Assembly: GCA_002269645.1 (NCBI GenBank)
Contig: NIVC01001481.1
Coordinates: 1 to 64,000, forward strand
Length of the DNA stretch: 64,000 nucleotides
Direction: 5' to 3'
Source of the DNA: Macrostomum lignano
Taxonomy: Eukaryota
Made by a program: the position numbers and the translations under genes. The notes below the pieces were generated by a model. That model was not told where the DNA came from and did not search any database. It worked only from the letters and a program-made list of their open reading frames with translations. Shown here piece by piece: positions 47,630 through 61,663 of this stretch (positions are counted from its first letter, which is position 1; each line of letters begins with the position of its first letter).

Positions 47630-48836
47630 AATACTGTAGCCGGTATTTTGGCACTCCCATAGCCGATATTTTGGCACTCCCATAGCCGGTATTTTGGCAC
47701 TCCCATAGCCGGTATTTTGGCACTCCCATAGCCGATATTTTGGCACTCCCATAGCCGGTATTTTGGCACTCCCATAGCCGATATTTTGGCACTCCCATAG
47801 CCGATACCAGTATTTTAGCACTCCCATAGCCGATATTTTGGCACTCCCATAGCCGATATTTTGGCACTCCCATAGCCGATATTTTGGCACTCCCATAGCC
47901 GATATTTTGGCACTCCCATAGCCAGTATTTTGGCACTCCCATAGCCGGTATTTTGGCACTCCCATAGCCGATATTTTGGCACTCCCATAGCCGATATTTT
48001 GGCACTCCCATAGCCGATATTTTGGCACTCCCATAGCCGGTATTTTGGCACTCCCATAGCCGGTATTTTGGCACTCCCATAGCCGGTATTTTGGCACTCC
48101 CATAGCCGGTATTTTGGCACTCCCATAGCCGGTATTTTGGCACTCCCATAGCCGGTATTTTGGCACTCCCATAGCCGGTATTTTGGCACTCCCATAGCCG
48201 GTATTTTGGCACTCCCATAGCCGATATTTTGGCACTCCCATAGCCGGTATTTTGGCACTCCCATAGCCGATATTTTGGCACTCCCATAGCCGATACCAGT
48301 ATTTTAGCACTCCCATAGCCGATATTTTGGCACTCCCATAGCCGATATTTTGGCACTCCCATAGCCGATATTTTGGCACTCCCATAGCCGATATTTTGGC
48401 ACTCCCATAGCCAGTATTTTGGCACTCCCATAGCCGGTATTTTGGCACTCCCATAGCCGATATTTTGGCACTCCCATAGCCGATATTTTGGCACTCCCAT
48501 AGCCGATATTTTGGCACTCCCATAGCCGGTATTTTGGCACTCCCATAGCCAGTATTTTGGCACTCCCATAGCCGGTATTTTGGCACTCCCATAGCCGATA
48601 TTTTGGCACTCCCATAGCCGGTATTTTGGCACTCCCATAGCCGATATTTTGGCACTCCCATAGCCGATATTTTGGCACTCCCATAGCCGGTATTTTGGCA
48701 CTCCCATAGCCGGTATTTTGGCACTCCCATAGCCGGTATTTTGGCACTCCCATAGCCGGTATTTTGGCACTCCCATAGCCGGTATTTTGGCACTCCCATA
48801 GCCGGTATTTTGGCACTCCCATAGCCGGTATTTTGG
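47630..48836. repeat. 23-bp minisatellite (cactcccatagccggtattttgg), ~52 copies, with a 489-bp higher-order duplication
   Basis: Period 23; a 6-bp insertion variant occurs at both ~47801 and ~48290. Confidence 0.96.
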
Positions 48837-49487
48837 CCCTGAATTTTGATGTTGATTTTGATTTCGCAATTCCTGAAAATTGTAAAATCAGTCGCAATCT
48901 GCATAGGAAATTGGAGACGGACAGGCACTAACGCCATGCTTCACATCGTAAATGAGTTTCGATTGGCAGGTGACAACTAGTAATCTCTGTCTCTACATTC
49001 CTTACCCCCGATGCCCCACCTCCCCACCTCACACCCTTAGCCCCATGGCCCCACCTCATCGATTTTTGACGGAGTAGAAATCAGCATATTGGCAATGCTA
49101 TACTACGCTCAAGAAAAATTGAAACGCCCCCAGTGAACCTCATCAAGTTTGACAGGCAAAGTCGATCCGACGGTTTTGAACTGTCTGGGCCCCTAGGCTG
49201 GAGTGCCACTTTTTAGTTTCAAGCGGACTCGCCAACGAGCAAATTTCCATTTCATTTTATTGGGCAGCATCCTCCCAGCTTGCCAGTTGGGAGAGCGTCT
49301 AGTCGCTATGCTCTCAGGCTCCCATAGCCGATATTTTGGCCCTGAATTTTGATGTTGATTTTGATTTCGCAATTCCTGAAAATTGTAAAATCAGTCGCAA
49401 TCTGCATAGGAAATTGGAGACGGACAGGCACTAACGCCATGCTTCACATCGTAAATGAGTTTCGATTGGCAGGTGACAACTAGTAAT
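48818..49487. repeat. 167-bp direct duplication (48818-48984 and 49321-49487) enclosing a 336-bp near-copy of 42781-43116
   Basis: Base-by-base comparison of the segments. Confidence 0.92.
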
Positions 49488-49692
49488 AAAACATAATAAT
49501 GCTTTGAGATTGGAAACCCGAGCTGAAAATCTACCAGCCAGAGTGTAGGAGCGACTGACGGAGTCCAGCGCAGCTCAGGGCGCCATTTGCATAATTCAAA
49601 ACGGACACGAATAAAAGTCCGAAAATGACTGGCCTGCACTTTACCGCCTGACAGGAGCTGGGTGGGCAATGTGGGAGCAGGAAGTTAATGTG

Positions 49693-50716
<1,024 letters not shown>

Positions 50717-51480
50717 GCTACAGGCTCCCAGTGGCCCACCGCATGCAAAGCAGGCAGCCGCACTCCCCAAGCTCTCAAGTTTCCAAGCTCCCCCGCAGCC
50801 CGGACACGAAGCGAGTGGAAGTGGGCAGTGAAGAAGAGCGGCACAATGGGCTGCTGGAGTCAGTCAGCTGGAAGTAACAATTTTTCTTTGGGCTGCCCCG
50901 CTCTGCATCCTGCACAATCCGCAGCTCATTATGACAAGCTCGGCAATTCTAAAGCAGTTTGCCTATTCGAGTATTCACAGCGAGAACAAGCTTCGGCATT
51001 CATGTATGCAATCAGCTATACTAAAGTGCAAGCCGAACTAGACAAAATGCCCGTCTGTGAACTAACAGAAGTGGTGCACTTCTGAATATCAGGCATCATG
51101 TTTGTAAAATCACGGACACAGTGGGCCAACATTCAACTGACTCCGGGACACAGCTCGAACAATCGGAAAAATTAAAATGCAGAAAACACGCAGGAGAGCT
51201 ATGAGAAGAAATCTTTAATCTTTCAAGATTCGTTGCGGACTTTGCCTGTTGTCAAGCCAGCGATTCCGATTGGCTGAGGCTGCGGAATCCATGCATCGTT
51301 TGGTTGGCTGGGTGACAATAAAACTCTGCAGCAAAGCGGGTTTTTAAAAAAAATCTGGATCAGAGCAGGAGCGTCACTCCGACAGTCTGGCTGAAAAGTT
51401 TCAGATTATTCAAAATCAAGGTCAAGGTCAAGTTCGAGGTCAAGGTCAAGGTCAAGGTCACGGTCAAGGTCACAAAGACA

Positions 51481-54400
51481 ATGGAGCTCAGTCAGCCGCC
51501 GCGGCCGAGGCCGCAGATGTCCCGCCCGACAGTGCGGCCCACCGTGCGGGCCCCGATGCAGAGCCAGCGCTCCGCCCCCATCAACATGACCGCTATGACC
51601 TCGACAGCCGACAACACCAAGTCGCAGCGGAGGCGGCACGCCCGTCGGCAGCGTCGAAAGAAGCGAATCAAAGAGACGGTGACCTGCTGCAAGCATTTCC
51701 TGGCATTCATGTTCTCCAATCTGGGCCTGTCCAGCCTCATTATTCTGTACGTCATCATTGGCGGCGAGCTGTTCCGTCGGCTTGAGCAGGGCGACGAGTT
51801 GCGAGTGAAGGCCGCCGCCAGAGACCACCTGGACAGCACCGTGAAAAATGTCAGCGGCCAGCTGCTCGACGAGGCTCAACGGTGGCTGCGTCGGTGGAAC
51901 TCCAGTCAGACCAACGTCGCTCTGGCAGCGGCGGCGGCAGACGGGGCAGCCGGCAACATGTCCTCGCAGGCGGCGGCAGCCGTGCAGGACTTTGAACGGC
52001 GATTCGCCGCCCAGATGCGCGAGTTCAGCCGGCAGCTGATCAAGCGGCTGACTGATGACGGCTGGAACGGCCGCTACGATGACGCCGATCTCAACTGGAG
52101 CTTCTCCGGCGCGCTGCTGTACGTGGTGACCGTGATCACCACGATTGGTGAGCGGCCGCACCTCATTGCTGAGCAATAGTGTGGGAGTGGCTAGGGTAAG
52201 GGTTAGGGTTAGGGTTGGGGCTAGGGTTAGGGTTAGGGTTAGGGTTAGGGTTAGGGTTAGGGTTAGGTTTAGGGTACCTCTGCTCACCCTGTATGACAGA
52301 CAGTGCCAATATAGACAGTGCCGTGAGCTGAGTACGAATCCCAGTTCTTTATGCATGCTCAGGGATCTACAGAATGGGCATGACTGCGGTGCAGTGGCTA
52401 TAGCCCCCGTCGCTAGCGAATTGAGTGGCGGTTTTTGATTATCTATAAATTAAGAGGGCAAAGTTTCATTGGATATAAAAAAGAAAGAAAGAGAAAGGAC
52501 AAGGAAAGAGAGAAAAAAGAGAGTAGGGAGAGGAGAAGAGAAAGGATGAGGGTAGAGGGGTGAGAAGGGAGTTAAAATGGAGTGAATCCCTTCCTTTGGC
52601 TCCCTTCCATTGAATGGAGGGAGAAGGGAGTGAGACAAGGGTGAAAAGGGAATGGTAAGGGAGTGAAAAGGGATTGACAAGGGAGTGAGAAGAGAGTGAC
52701 AAGGGAGGGAGAAGGGAGTGAGAAGGGAGTGACAGGGAAGGAGAATGTAGTGACAAGGGAGGGAGAAGGGAGTGACAGGGAAGTGAGAAGGGAGCGAAAA
52801 GGGAGTGAGAAGGGAGTGAGAAGGGAGTGAGAAGGGAGTGAGAAGGGAGTGAGAAGGGAGTGAGAAGGGAGTGTGAAGGGAGTGTGAAGGGAGTGTGAAG
52901 GGAGTGAGAAGGGAATGAGAAGGGAGTGAGAAGGGAGTGTGAAGGGAGTGTGAAGGGAGTGAGAAGGGAATGAGAAGGGAGTGACAAGGGAGTGTGAAGG
53001 GAGTGAAAAGGGAGTGAGAAGGGAGTGACAGGGAAGGAGAAGGTAGTGACAAGGGAGGGAGAAGGGAGTGACAGGGAAGTGAGAAGGGAGCGAGAAGGGA
53101 GTGAGAAGGGAGTGAGAAGGGAGTGAGAAGGGAATGAGAAGGGAGTGAGAAGGGAGTGAGAAGGGAGTGAGAAGGGAGTGACAAGGGAGTGAGAAGGGAG
53201 CGAAAAGGGAGTGAGAAGCGCTCAGTGAGAATAGCAATGCACTGTTGAACGGCAATGAAAGCACTTAAAAATAATTACAATTGGATTTGTCAACCCATCA
53301 ATAAATAATAGATGCAATGGCGGTCCGTCTCCAGGGCTCGGGGACCAAACCGCAGTCCAAATGCCGAGTGAAGCCTCATTTTTGAAGAGCCAGCTGGCAT
53401 CCAGACTAAAAAATTAATCCCAAAAATGAGGAATAATCATGGACTCGCAAAAAATTTCGCTGCAAGTGGGAATTTTCAGTTTTGTTTACCATTAAACTGA
53501 CAAACCACATTCAAATTCCGCGCGACGGACCAACGGACCTGTCTGTCTTCCATCTGTTTTCCGCTTTTAAATGTAACTATCCAAGAATTCCCCTGCCTAA
53601 TCCCAGAGTATTCGGTGAGCAAATAAGCGCCAATATGAGTAGTCGGTTGCTCGAAATCGTGCATTTTTTTCTAATTTGCAAAACCAAGTTGAATTGAAAG
53701 CACAGAGGACTAATCAGGCAGTCAATTACGGCTGGCGGGGAGGTAATCGTCGGGATAATTTCCCAAAGCGCGGTTCATTCCCGTGGCTCTACTATAGGAC
53801 TCCACTTGTTCCAGCGTCCTCTCCCTTCCCCCCCCCCTTGGGTCGCTCGCGAGTGAACTGTGGAAGTCAGGGTCAACAATCTCCAGGCAAATATTTGATA
53901 GCGGCATTTGGATCTCGAGGCTAAGGAGAGAATCAGCCTGGATAAAAAGGCATCGGGCGGCGGCGATTTCTCACGTCTTGCACGAGAACCTCGCAACCCT
54001 CCTTGGCGTGAATTGCTCGGCATTGGCGAGTCGGCTGTCATCTCTCTATGTATGCGACTCTCCCCAGTGCAATGATCCATCCTCCCAGTTTCTCCATCGC
54101 ATCAATCATGCCGTTCTCTCTCTCATTCTCTCCCTGTTCTTCATCTTGGAAGAGCTTGGGGAGCAACAGCTTAGAGAATGCTTAGAGAGGCCAATGCACC
54201 CGCTTCATTGGCCGCCGCTTATTCATTCCGCAATGGCGTCTGAATATTCAGGCACACGAGCCGTAACTGAATTCAATTTTTGTAAGTTTTGGAAGTTGTA
54301 ATATCTAAAAGTAGTGTCAGGAGAGAGACTTACAGTGTCAGGAGAGAGATTTATTGTTAGAAGAGATATATTCACAGTGTCAACAGAGAGATTCACAGTG

Positions 54401-57400
54401 TCAGCAGAGAGATTCACAGTGTCAGCAGAGAGATTCACAGTGTCAGCAGAGAGATTCACAGTGTCAGCAGAGAGATTCACAGTGTCAGCAGAGAGATTCA
54501 CAGTGTCAGCAGAGAGATTCACAGTGTCAGCAGAGAGATTCACAGTGTCAGCAGAGAGATTCACAGTGTCAGCAGAGAGATTCACAGTGTCAGCAGAGAG
54601 ATTCACAGTGTCAGCAGAGAGATTCACAGTGTCAGCAGAGAGATTCACAGTGTCAGCAGAGAGATTCACAGTGTCAGCAGAGAGATTCACAGTGTCAGCA
54701 GAGAGATTCACAGTGTCAGCAGAGAGATTCACAGTGTCAGCAGAGAGATTCACAGTGTCAGCAGAGAGATTCACAGTGTCAGCAGAGAGATTCACAGTGT
54801 CAGCAGAGAGATTCACAGTGTCAGCAGAGAGATTCACAGTGTCAGTAGAGACACAGCAGCCAAGAGTGCAGCACAGAATTGCAAAGAGAACACAGAAGAG
54901 TTGTTCTCAAGCACAGGCACGGGCAGAAGTCACTTGTCGGACTTCAATCTGCGTTTTCGTTCGTTCAATTCTGTGGCAGCAAAATGTCCTGCAGGGGGCT
55001 GGGGGCGGGAGGGCGGCCTCGTGTCGAACAACTCGCGGAGCAACGCGCCAGTCAATTTCCCAGCCTCCCATGGCGGCTTCCCTACCGCCCCCTCCCCCAT
55101 CAACCGGCTTAGCAGCGGGGATTCCTGCAATTTCTGGCCGTGAACTTCCTTTCCTCTTTATTTGAATGCAAAGGGAGAAACGGTAGATGGGAAAAATGAA
55201 AGAGAGAGAGAGAGAAGGAAAAAACTCATTTCCCGCATTTTCAGGCATCCCCAGCGCCGGTGTGTCGATCAGTCTTGAGGGTCGCTTCTCCGCCTGCTCA
55301 GGCCGCTCCATCTCCCAGCCTAGCATATGTTTTTCGGCGATGCTGCCAAGCCGAGAGGGCGGGGCAAGCTGCCAGCTGGGGGGGGGGGGGGGAATCCGCT
55401 GCCCGAGTGCCCCGACGCGGTCTCTCAGGCTCAATCAAAACTGGCAGTCCCCCCGATGCTCTCCTCGAGAGAGAGAGAGAGGGACCCCAGCTTCCTCAGC
55501 CCTCTCTCCATTCTCCCCGCTGCCCAGTTCAAGCCACCGTTTCGCTCCCAAAAGGGTTAATGCTCTTCCCGTGGGCAGGTCGCTTGCTGCTTTTGTCGTT
55601 TCTCCTGGAGGGGGGAGCTCTCTGCCTCTCGACGACCAGCACCGGATTAGACAAAACTGAGATAAAGAGGCTCGGCGAAATAGAACACCAGTGCAAACTG
55701 ATTGAGATGGAGAGAGGGAGGGAGTGAGCAGCTGGTTAAAAATAAACCGATTGCCTCTGTTGATGCCGATTTCCACTTGAGCTGATCGACTGGACTGCCA
55801 TCAAAAACAGTCTGCGGAAATTTTGTTGATGCTGTGAAAAATATTGCAACGAACCGCACAATTTGCTTCCAGGCTACGGGCAAGTGGTCCCCAAGACAGA
55901 GGGCGGCTACATGCTGACCATGCTCTACGCTTTCTTCGGCATCCCGCTCACCTTTCTGTACCTCAACAACGTCGGCGACTACTTGGCCGACGCGTTTCGC
56001 CTCTTCTATCGGGACGCCTTTCGCCCGTTCTGGCGCCGAGTGTTCCGCAAGCGGACGCGCCAGCGCGCGCGCACCCTGGCGCTCGAGTGGCAGCGCGCGG
56101 TGGCTGCTAAGATTCCAATCTCTCTGTCGCACGTGCGCCTGCACCGGCTCACCGAACGGCTGCAGGCTTGGACGGCCGAGAACCTCGGCGACAGCGACGA
56201 CCGGCAGGACGATGAGACGACGACGGGAGCGACGCCGATGGTGCCGACTGTCGGGATGCTCGAACAGCGGCCGCTGCTGCCGCTGACGCCGCAGCACACG
56301 GCAGCAACGCCCGTTCGGACGCGACCGCTGATCGAGTCGAACCCGCTGCACCTGGCCAGCGCCGCTGCCACCATCCGGGTGGCCTACGTGATGGCCCGCG
56401 TGCTGCCCGCGCACGAAACCTCCTTGGCCTCGCCGCCATCGCCACCGTCCGGCGGCGTCGCCCCGCTAGTAACGGAGAACGGAGACTGCTTCGCCGCTGT
56501 TAATCCGCTGATGGACGAGGTGCAGACGCCCATCTCGCAGAAGGCCATCATGGATTGGACCAGCGACGAGCTGCAGCAGGTGCCACTAATCGACTGGGAA
56601 GAGTTCTCAGAAGCGCCCGAAACGGTAGCCGAGCCTCCCGTGGCGTCAGCGGCTGCGCTGGAGCACTCCGAGGCGGTTAACGTCAGGCGGACTCGATCCG
56701 CACCCCTGGCGATCTCCGCTGGGCTCGCCGCGGCCGCCTCGCCGGCCGAGTTCGCCGAAAACCCGGATGCGGCGTCGGCGAAGGTGACGGCCGGGGCTGG
56801 GTCGCCGATGACAACTATCACGACGCCGTCTTCGACTCCACCGCCGCCGCCGCCACTACCAGCGCAACCGTCGCGAGCTCCGTGTCGCCCATTCAGCCTG
56901 TCGATGTCGGCGGTGGGGGCCGAGCCGCTGGCCAACGCGCCGTGGCTGCAGGAGGCGGCCGGCAGCAACCCGATGCTGCGCCGGTGCAGCTACGTGTCCG
57001 TGCACGAGCCACCAACGCCGACAACACCGACTGTGGTGGAGGAGGAGGACGAAAAGGACTCGATGAAGGGCCTGTCGCTGCACCAGGTCACGGTGCCCCT
57101 GTCCCTGTCCGTCTCTGTGATGATTCTGTACATCATATTCGGCGCACTGATATTCACAATTTGGGAGGAGGACAAAAACTACATCAGATGGTCATACTTT
57201 TGCTTCATCACGTTGAGCACAATAGGCTTCGGTGATATTGTGCCAGGTGAGACAATCTTGTGTCGAAGGGCTCTAATGAAGGGAATAAATAGGGGAATCA
57301 TCTTGAACCTCGAAGGGGAACTGTACTACAGGGCTATGAACTGGGACTAGTTGTTTGATAATGCAAATTTGGAGCTCGTAAAACAATGAGATAAGCCAGC

Positions 57401-58537
57401 TAGGCTGAGAAGTCTAAGGTAAGCTAATCCGAGGGCTGCATCAAAGGGCCAAATATAATTATCAGTTGCCGTCAGTTTTGGAAACAGCAATTAATATATT
57501 CAGCCAGTCAGCCGAAAGCCGGCACTAAAAAAGTGAAATTGAGAGCTGCAGAAGAAGGACCGCGGAAACGGTTCAAGTGAAAAATCGTAAACTATACCGT
57601 CTATCTGTCTCGCTATGGGCGCGGGCCCCGAAGTGTCCCAAAACCCTGCCGCCTGCACCCAAAAAAGCGCCGGAGTGAAGGTGCGTTAAAAAATCGAGGC
57701 GAAAATTCATCCCACCAGCACAAACAACGGGAGAGAAAGCTGGCCTTCGTATGCAGAGCCACGAGGACAAGTGAGCGATATGGGCTTGTGGGCGCGCGAA
57801 AGTCTTAGAGACGGCCGCAGATGATTTACCGCCCCAAACCCGGGCCACTAAATTGCGGTGACACGCTCCGGCGCACGCATTAGGCCTGATTATCCTAGCA
57901 GAGCCAGTAAATTTGCTGGCTAGGCCCTCTTAACACTGCCGGGCCTTAGCTGCTCATGGCGTCGGTTTTTATTTGAACTTATTATGGTTTGACTGACAGT
58001 GCAGCCCCTTGTCGCCGACATGATAAGGGCGCTTGAAGTGCTTTGCAAGTAACTATGTTCATTGCTGACTGAAAATTCAAAAAGCTCAGACTTTCCTGAG
58101 CTGTTCAAAGCTGGCAAAGACCGAGAGTCAGAATAAGTTGGGGTGTCAGATTGTCAGAAATCTGCGTGCTGTCTATGGCCCGACCTGTCTTCATTATGTA
58201 GGCTTTCAACTTTGGATGCCCGCCACGCCCCGCAGGTACAACGGTGGACAGCGAGAATCCCAAGGAGAAGCTGATCGCCACGGTGTTCTACGTGGCCATC
58301 GGTCTGTCCGTATTCGCCATGTGCTTCAAGCTGATGCAGGAGGAGGTCATTCAAAAGGTGCGCCGGCTTGGCCGTCGGATAGCCGCCATCAGGGATCGGT
58401 TGAGCGCCGGCGGCGGCGGCCGGCGGCGGGGCGGCGACGGTGACGGCGACGGCGGCGGAGGAGAGAGTTCCGGCAGCAGACCGATGCAGCGGGTCAATGG
58501 GTTTATTGAGCGGCTGAGAACTAGGCCCACCGTGTGA
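51481..58537 (+). CDS. Two-pore-domain potassium channel (K2P/TWiK/KCNK family). Exons 51481-52147, 55873-57246, 58236-58537 (780 aa). A possible upstream coding exon 50743-50873 spliced to 51405 would add 69 aa.
   Basis: M1 (LSSLIILYVIIGGELFRRLE), P1 (WSFSGALLYVVTVITTIG|YG), M2 (MLYAFFGIPL), M3, P2 (SYFCFITLSTIGFGDIVPG), M4 (YVAIGLSVFAMCFKLMQEEV). Both introns are phase-1 GT-AG. Confidence 0.93.
52191..52275 (+). repeat. Interstitial telomere-like (TTAGGG)n array in K2P intron
   Basis: ggttagggttagggtt... about 13 units with a few variants. Confidence 0.93.
52480..53220. repeat. Polypurine minisatellite, 11-bp core (gagaagggagt)
   Basis: Direct inspection; an internal block is duplicated (~52720-52810 and ~53015-53105). 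Confidence 0.92.
54325..54850. repeat. 21-bp minisatellite (ttcacagtgtcagcagagaga), ~23 near-perfect copies
   Basis: Direct inspection. Confidence 0.96.
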
Positions 58538-58721
58538 CTGCAGCATCTTGCATGTGTACATGTACATGAGCTCGCGAGGGCATTTTGTGTCATCTAGGAC
58601 ATTAATTGGCGATCAAAAACATACCCCCATCTCGGATACCAAATACTTAACTGATTGGTACAATTGTTTCTGCTGGTTCCAGGTAAAACAAACGATAGAC
58701 AGATTAGATAAGAGCCCGAAA

Positions 58722-59032
58722 CCTAGCCCCACCCTAGCCCCGGCCTTAACCCTACCCTAACCCCAGCCCTAATCCTACCCTAGCCCCAGCCCTAACCCTA
58801 CCCTAACCCCAGCCCTAACCCTACCAGCCCCAGCCCTACCCTACCCTAACCCCAGCCCTACCCTAGCCCCAGCCCTAACCCTTAGCCCTACCCTAGTCCC
58901 AGTCCTAACCCTTAGCCCTACCCTAGCCCCAGCCCTAACCCTTAGCCCTACCCTAGCCCCAGCCCTGACCCTTAGCCCTACCCTAGTCCCAGCCCTAGCC
59001 CCAGCCCTAACCCTTAGCCCTACCCTAGCCCT
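58722..59032 (-). repeat. Degenerate telomere-like array (CCCTAA/CCCTAG/CCCCAG/CCCTAC on the + strand)
   Basis: Direct inspection; lies ~185 bp after the K2P stop codon. Confidence 0.88.
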
Positions 59033-59544
59033 TACGCCGCTTCTTGACTTGACAAAAGTATACGTACCTGTATATGCGCCACCCCTTGAAGTAGCTTTGG
59101 CGATCCCTCAAATGAAATCTACAAAATTTTTGGCTCAAGATTACAAGTTTAAAGGTTATAGATCACCATGCTTTTGAGGATTTGAGCGATATATTTTTAG
59201 CAAATATCGAAATTTTAAACGTGCAATTGCGTAACAAAATTGCCTCTCATAAGTCCATGCCCACGTACAGCATTGCTGGATTGCATGCGCACGATATCAT
59301 ATCTTTCAGTATGACTATTGTAGATCCGTGTTCATGTATAGCCGTGGAACTCCGATAATTCATGAATAGCTAGCGCCTCCTCCTCCGCCCTCGAGCCAAT
59401 GAGAAACAGATTATATTGCTCTCATTGCAATTGTGTGCCTGTCCTGTTTCTATTGAGTACATCGTTACTACAAAAGTACTACAAGTACTCTCAGCAACAC
59501 ATTAAGGTTTCCGCCCCATCAAAACCAGTGGCCAAAAAATTGCA

Positions 59545-60590
59545 TCTCCGATACTTCATATCGCTGACACTTCACATACCCGACACTTCATATTCCGGAC
59601 ACTTCATCTCTCCGACACTTCATATCGCCGACACTTCATCTCTCCGACACTTCATATCGCCGACACTTCATATTCCGGACACTTTATATTCCAGACACTT
59701 CATATCTCCGACACTTCATATTCCGGACACTTCACATACCCGACACTTCATATTCCGGACACTTCATCTCTCCGACACTTCATATCGCCGACACTTCATC
59801 TCTCCGACACTTCATATCGCCGACACTTCATATTCCGGACACTTTATATTCCAGACACTTCATATCCCGACACTTCATATCCCCTACACTTTATATCCCG
59901 GACTCTTCATATCCCCGAGACTTCACACCCGACACTTCATATCCCGGACACTTCATCTCTCCGACACTTCATATCCCGGACACTTCATCTCTCCGACACA
60001 ACATATCCCAGACACTTCATCTCTCCGACACAACATATCCCAGACACTTCATCTCTCCGACACAACATATCCCGGACACTTTATCTCTCCGACACTTCAT
60101 ATCGCCGACACTTCATATCTCCGACACTTCATATCGCCGACACTTCATATCTCCGACACTTCATATCGCCGACACTTCATATCTCCGACACTTCATATCG
60201 CCGACACTTCATATTCCGGACACTTTATATTCCGGACACTTCATATCCCCGACACTTTATGTCCCGGACACTTCATATCCCCGAGACTTCACACCCGACA
60301 CTTCATCTCTCCGACACAACATATCCCAGACACTTCATCTCTCCGACACAACATATCCCAGACACTTCATCTCTCCGACACAACATATCCCAGACACTTC
60401 ATATCTCCGACACTTCATATCGCCGACACTTCATATCTCCGACACATATCCCGGACACTTCATATCTCCGACACTTTATATCTCCGACATTTCATATCTC
60501 CGACACTTCATATCTCCGACACTTCATATCTCCGACACAACATATCCCGGACACTTCATATCTCCGACAAACCCTAAACCTAACCCTAAG
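59545..60590. repeat. Degenerate ~18-bp minisatellite (ccgacacttcatat...) ending in a short ccctaa-like stretch
   Basis: Direct inspection; aaaccctaaacctaaccctaa at ~60568-60590. Confidence 0.92.
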
Positions 60591-61663
60591 CATAACTTTT
60601 AACCCTTACAGAGACATGAAGCTTCGGAGATATGAAAGCTCCGATCTGACAAAGGTTTATCAGTGGTTGGAATTCGAACATGTTGCTGAGAGTTATAACT
60701 TTATGATCTCATTTATCTAGTGCTTTGACAATATAACAAGAACCTGACAAGAGGATATTTGTTATTTTATTAACCAATCTACAAGCACGTGCAATTGAAT
60801 TAGCAAGATGTTGAACTGGATTTGCTAAGAAAAAAACTGGAGGCCGGTAAATAACGGCATTTTAATAGGATTTTTCTCCACCGAAGTTGTCTATGGCAAA
60901 ACCTCCTTTAGCGCCACGCGCCTCCAGCTGGTTTTTAAGAAAAATCGGATGCAGCGTCATTCTACTGCAGTAATTTATGTTTGCAAGTTCAAAAAACTTG
61001 TCCTAAACTCGCATATATGAATCTATTTAACTAGTTTATTTATCATTTTCAACGCTTAAATTATTTTAGGCAGCAACGTTTGCGGATTATCATACAAAAC
61101 AATTTGTTAAATAATTGTATTGCTGCTTTTAATTGAAATCCCCCCTACTTTATCGATGCCCCAGCTATTGCGAGGTCTCTCTTTGTGTTATTTTTATCAG
61201 ATCAAAGCTTTTTTTAAATAATAAAGCAACCAAATTGAAGATAAAGGCATTATGAATTAGATACTGTAATAAAGTATATTTACCGCATTTTTCTGTGGCC
61301 TACTTCAACATTACTTCAGCAGAATAACGCAATTTTTATTTAGCTACTATAAGTAGCGCAAGCAAAATTCTGGCTTATAATTCTGGCCGATCAAACAAGA
61401 AACAAAAGATTATTATATATCAGACGCATTAGCTTAGGTATAACAAAGCGCACAATTTAAGCTCCTTTAGCAAGCATACAGTGTAGTTAAAACAGCCCGT
61501 ACATACGCAGCACTGTATAGAAACGCAGTAACAGAACACTACGTTAAAGATCGCCGGTCTATAAGCAAACCGAATAAAATAAACCCCTGATGCTTATCAG
61601 TACAAATTAACAGAGCGGCAGGTAATGTTGGCTGTTTATTATTACATAACAAAATTCCGTCAT

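Noticed and set aside
51406-52356. Minus-strand 316-aa ORF, and other antisense ORFs over the K2P, ATP1B and Uif-like exons
   Set aside because: These are antisense shadows of GC-rich coding exons with no recognisable motifs.
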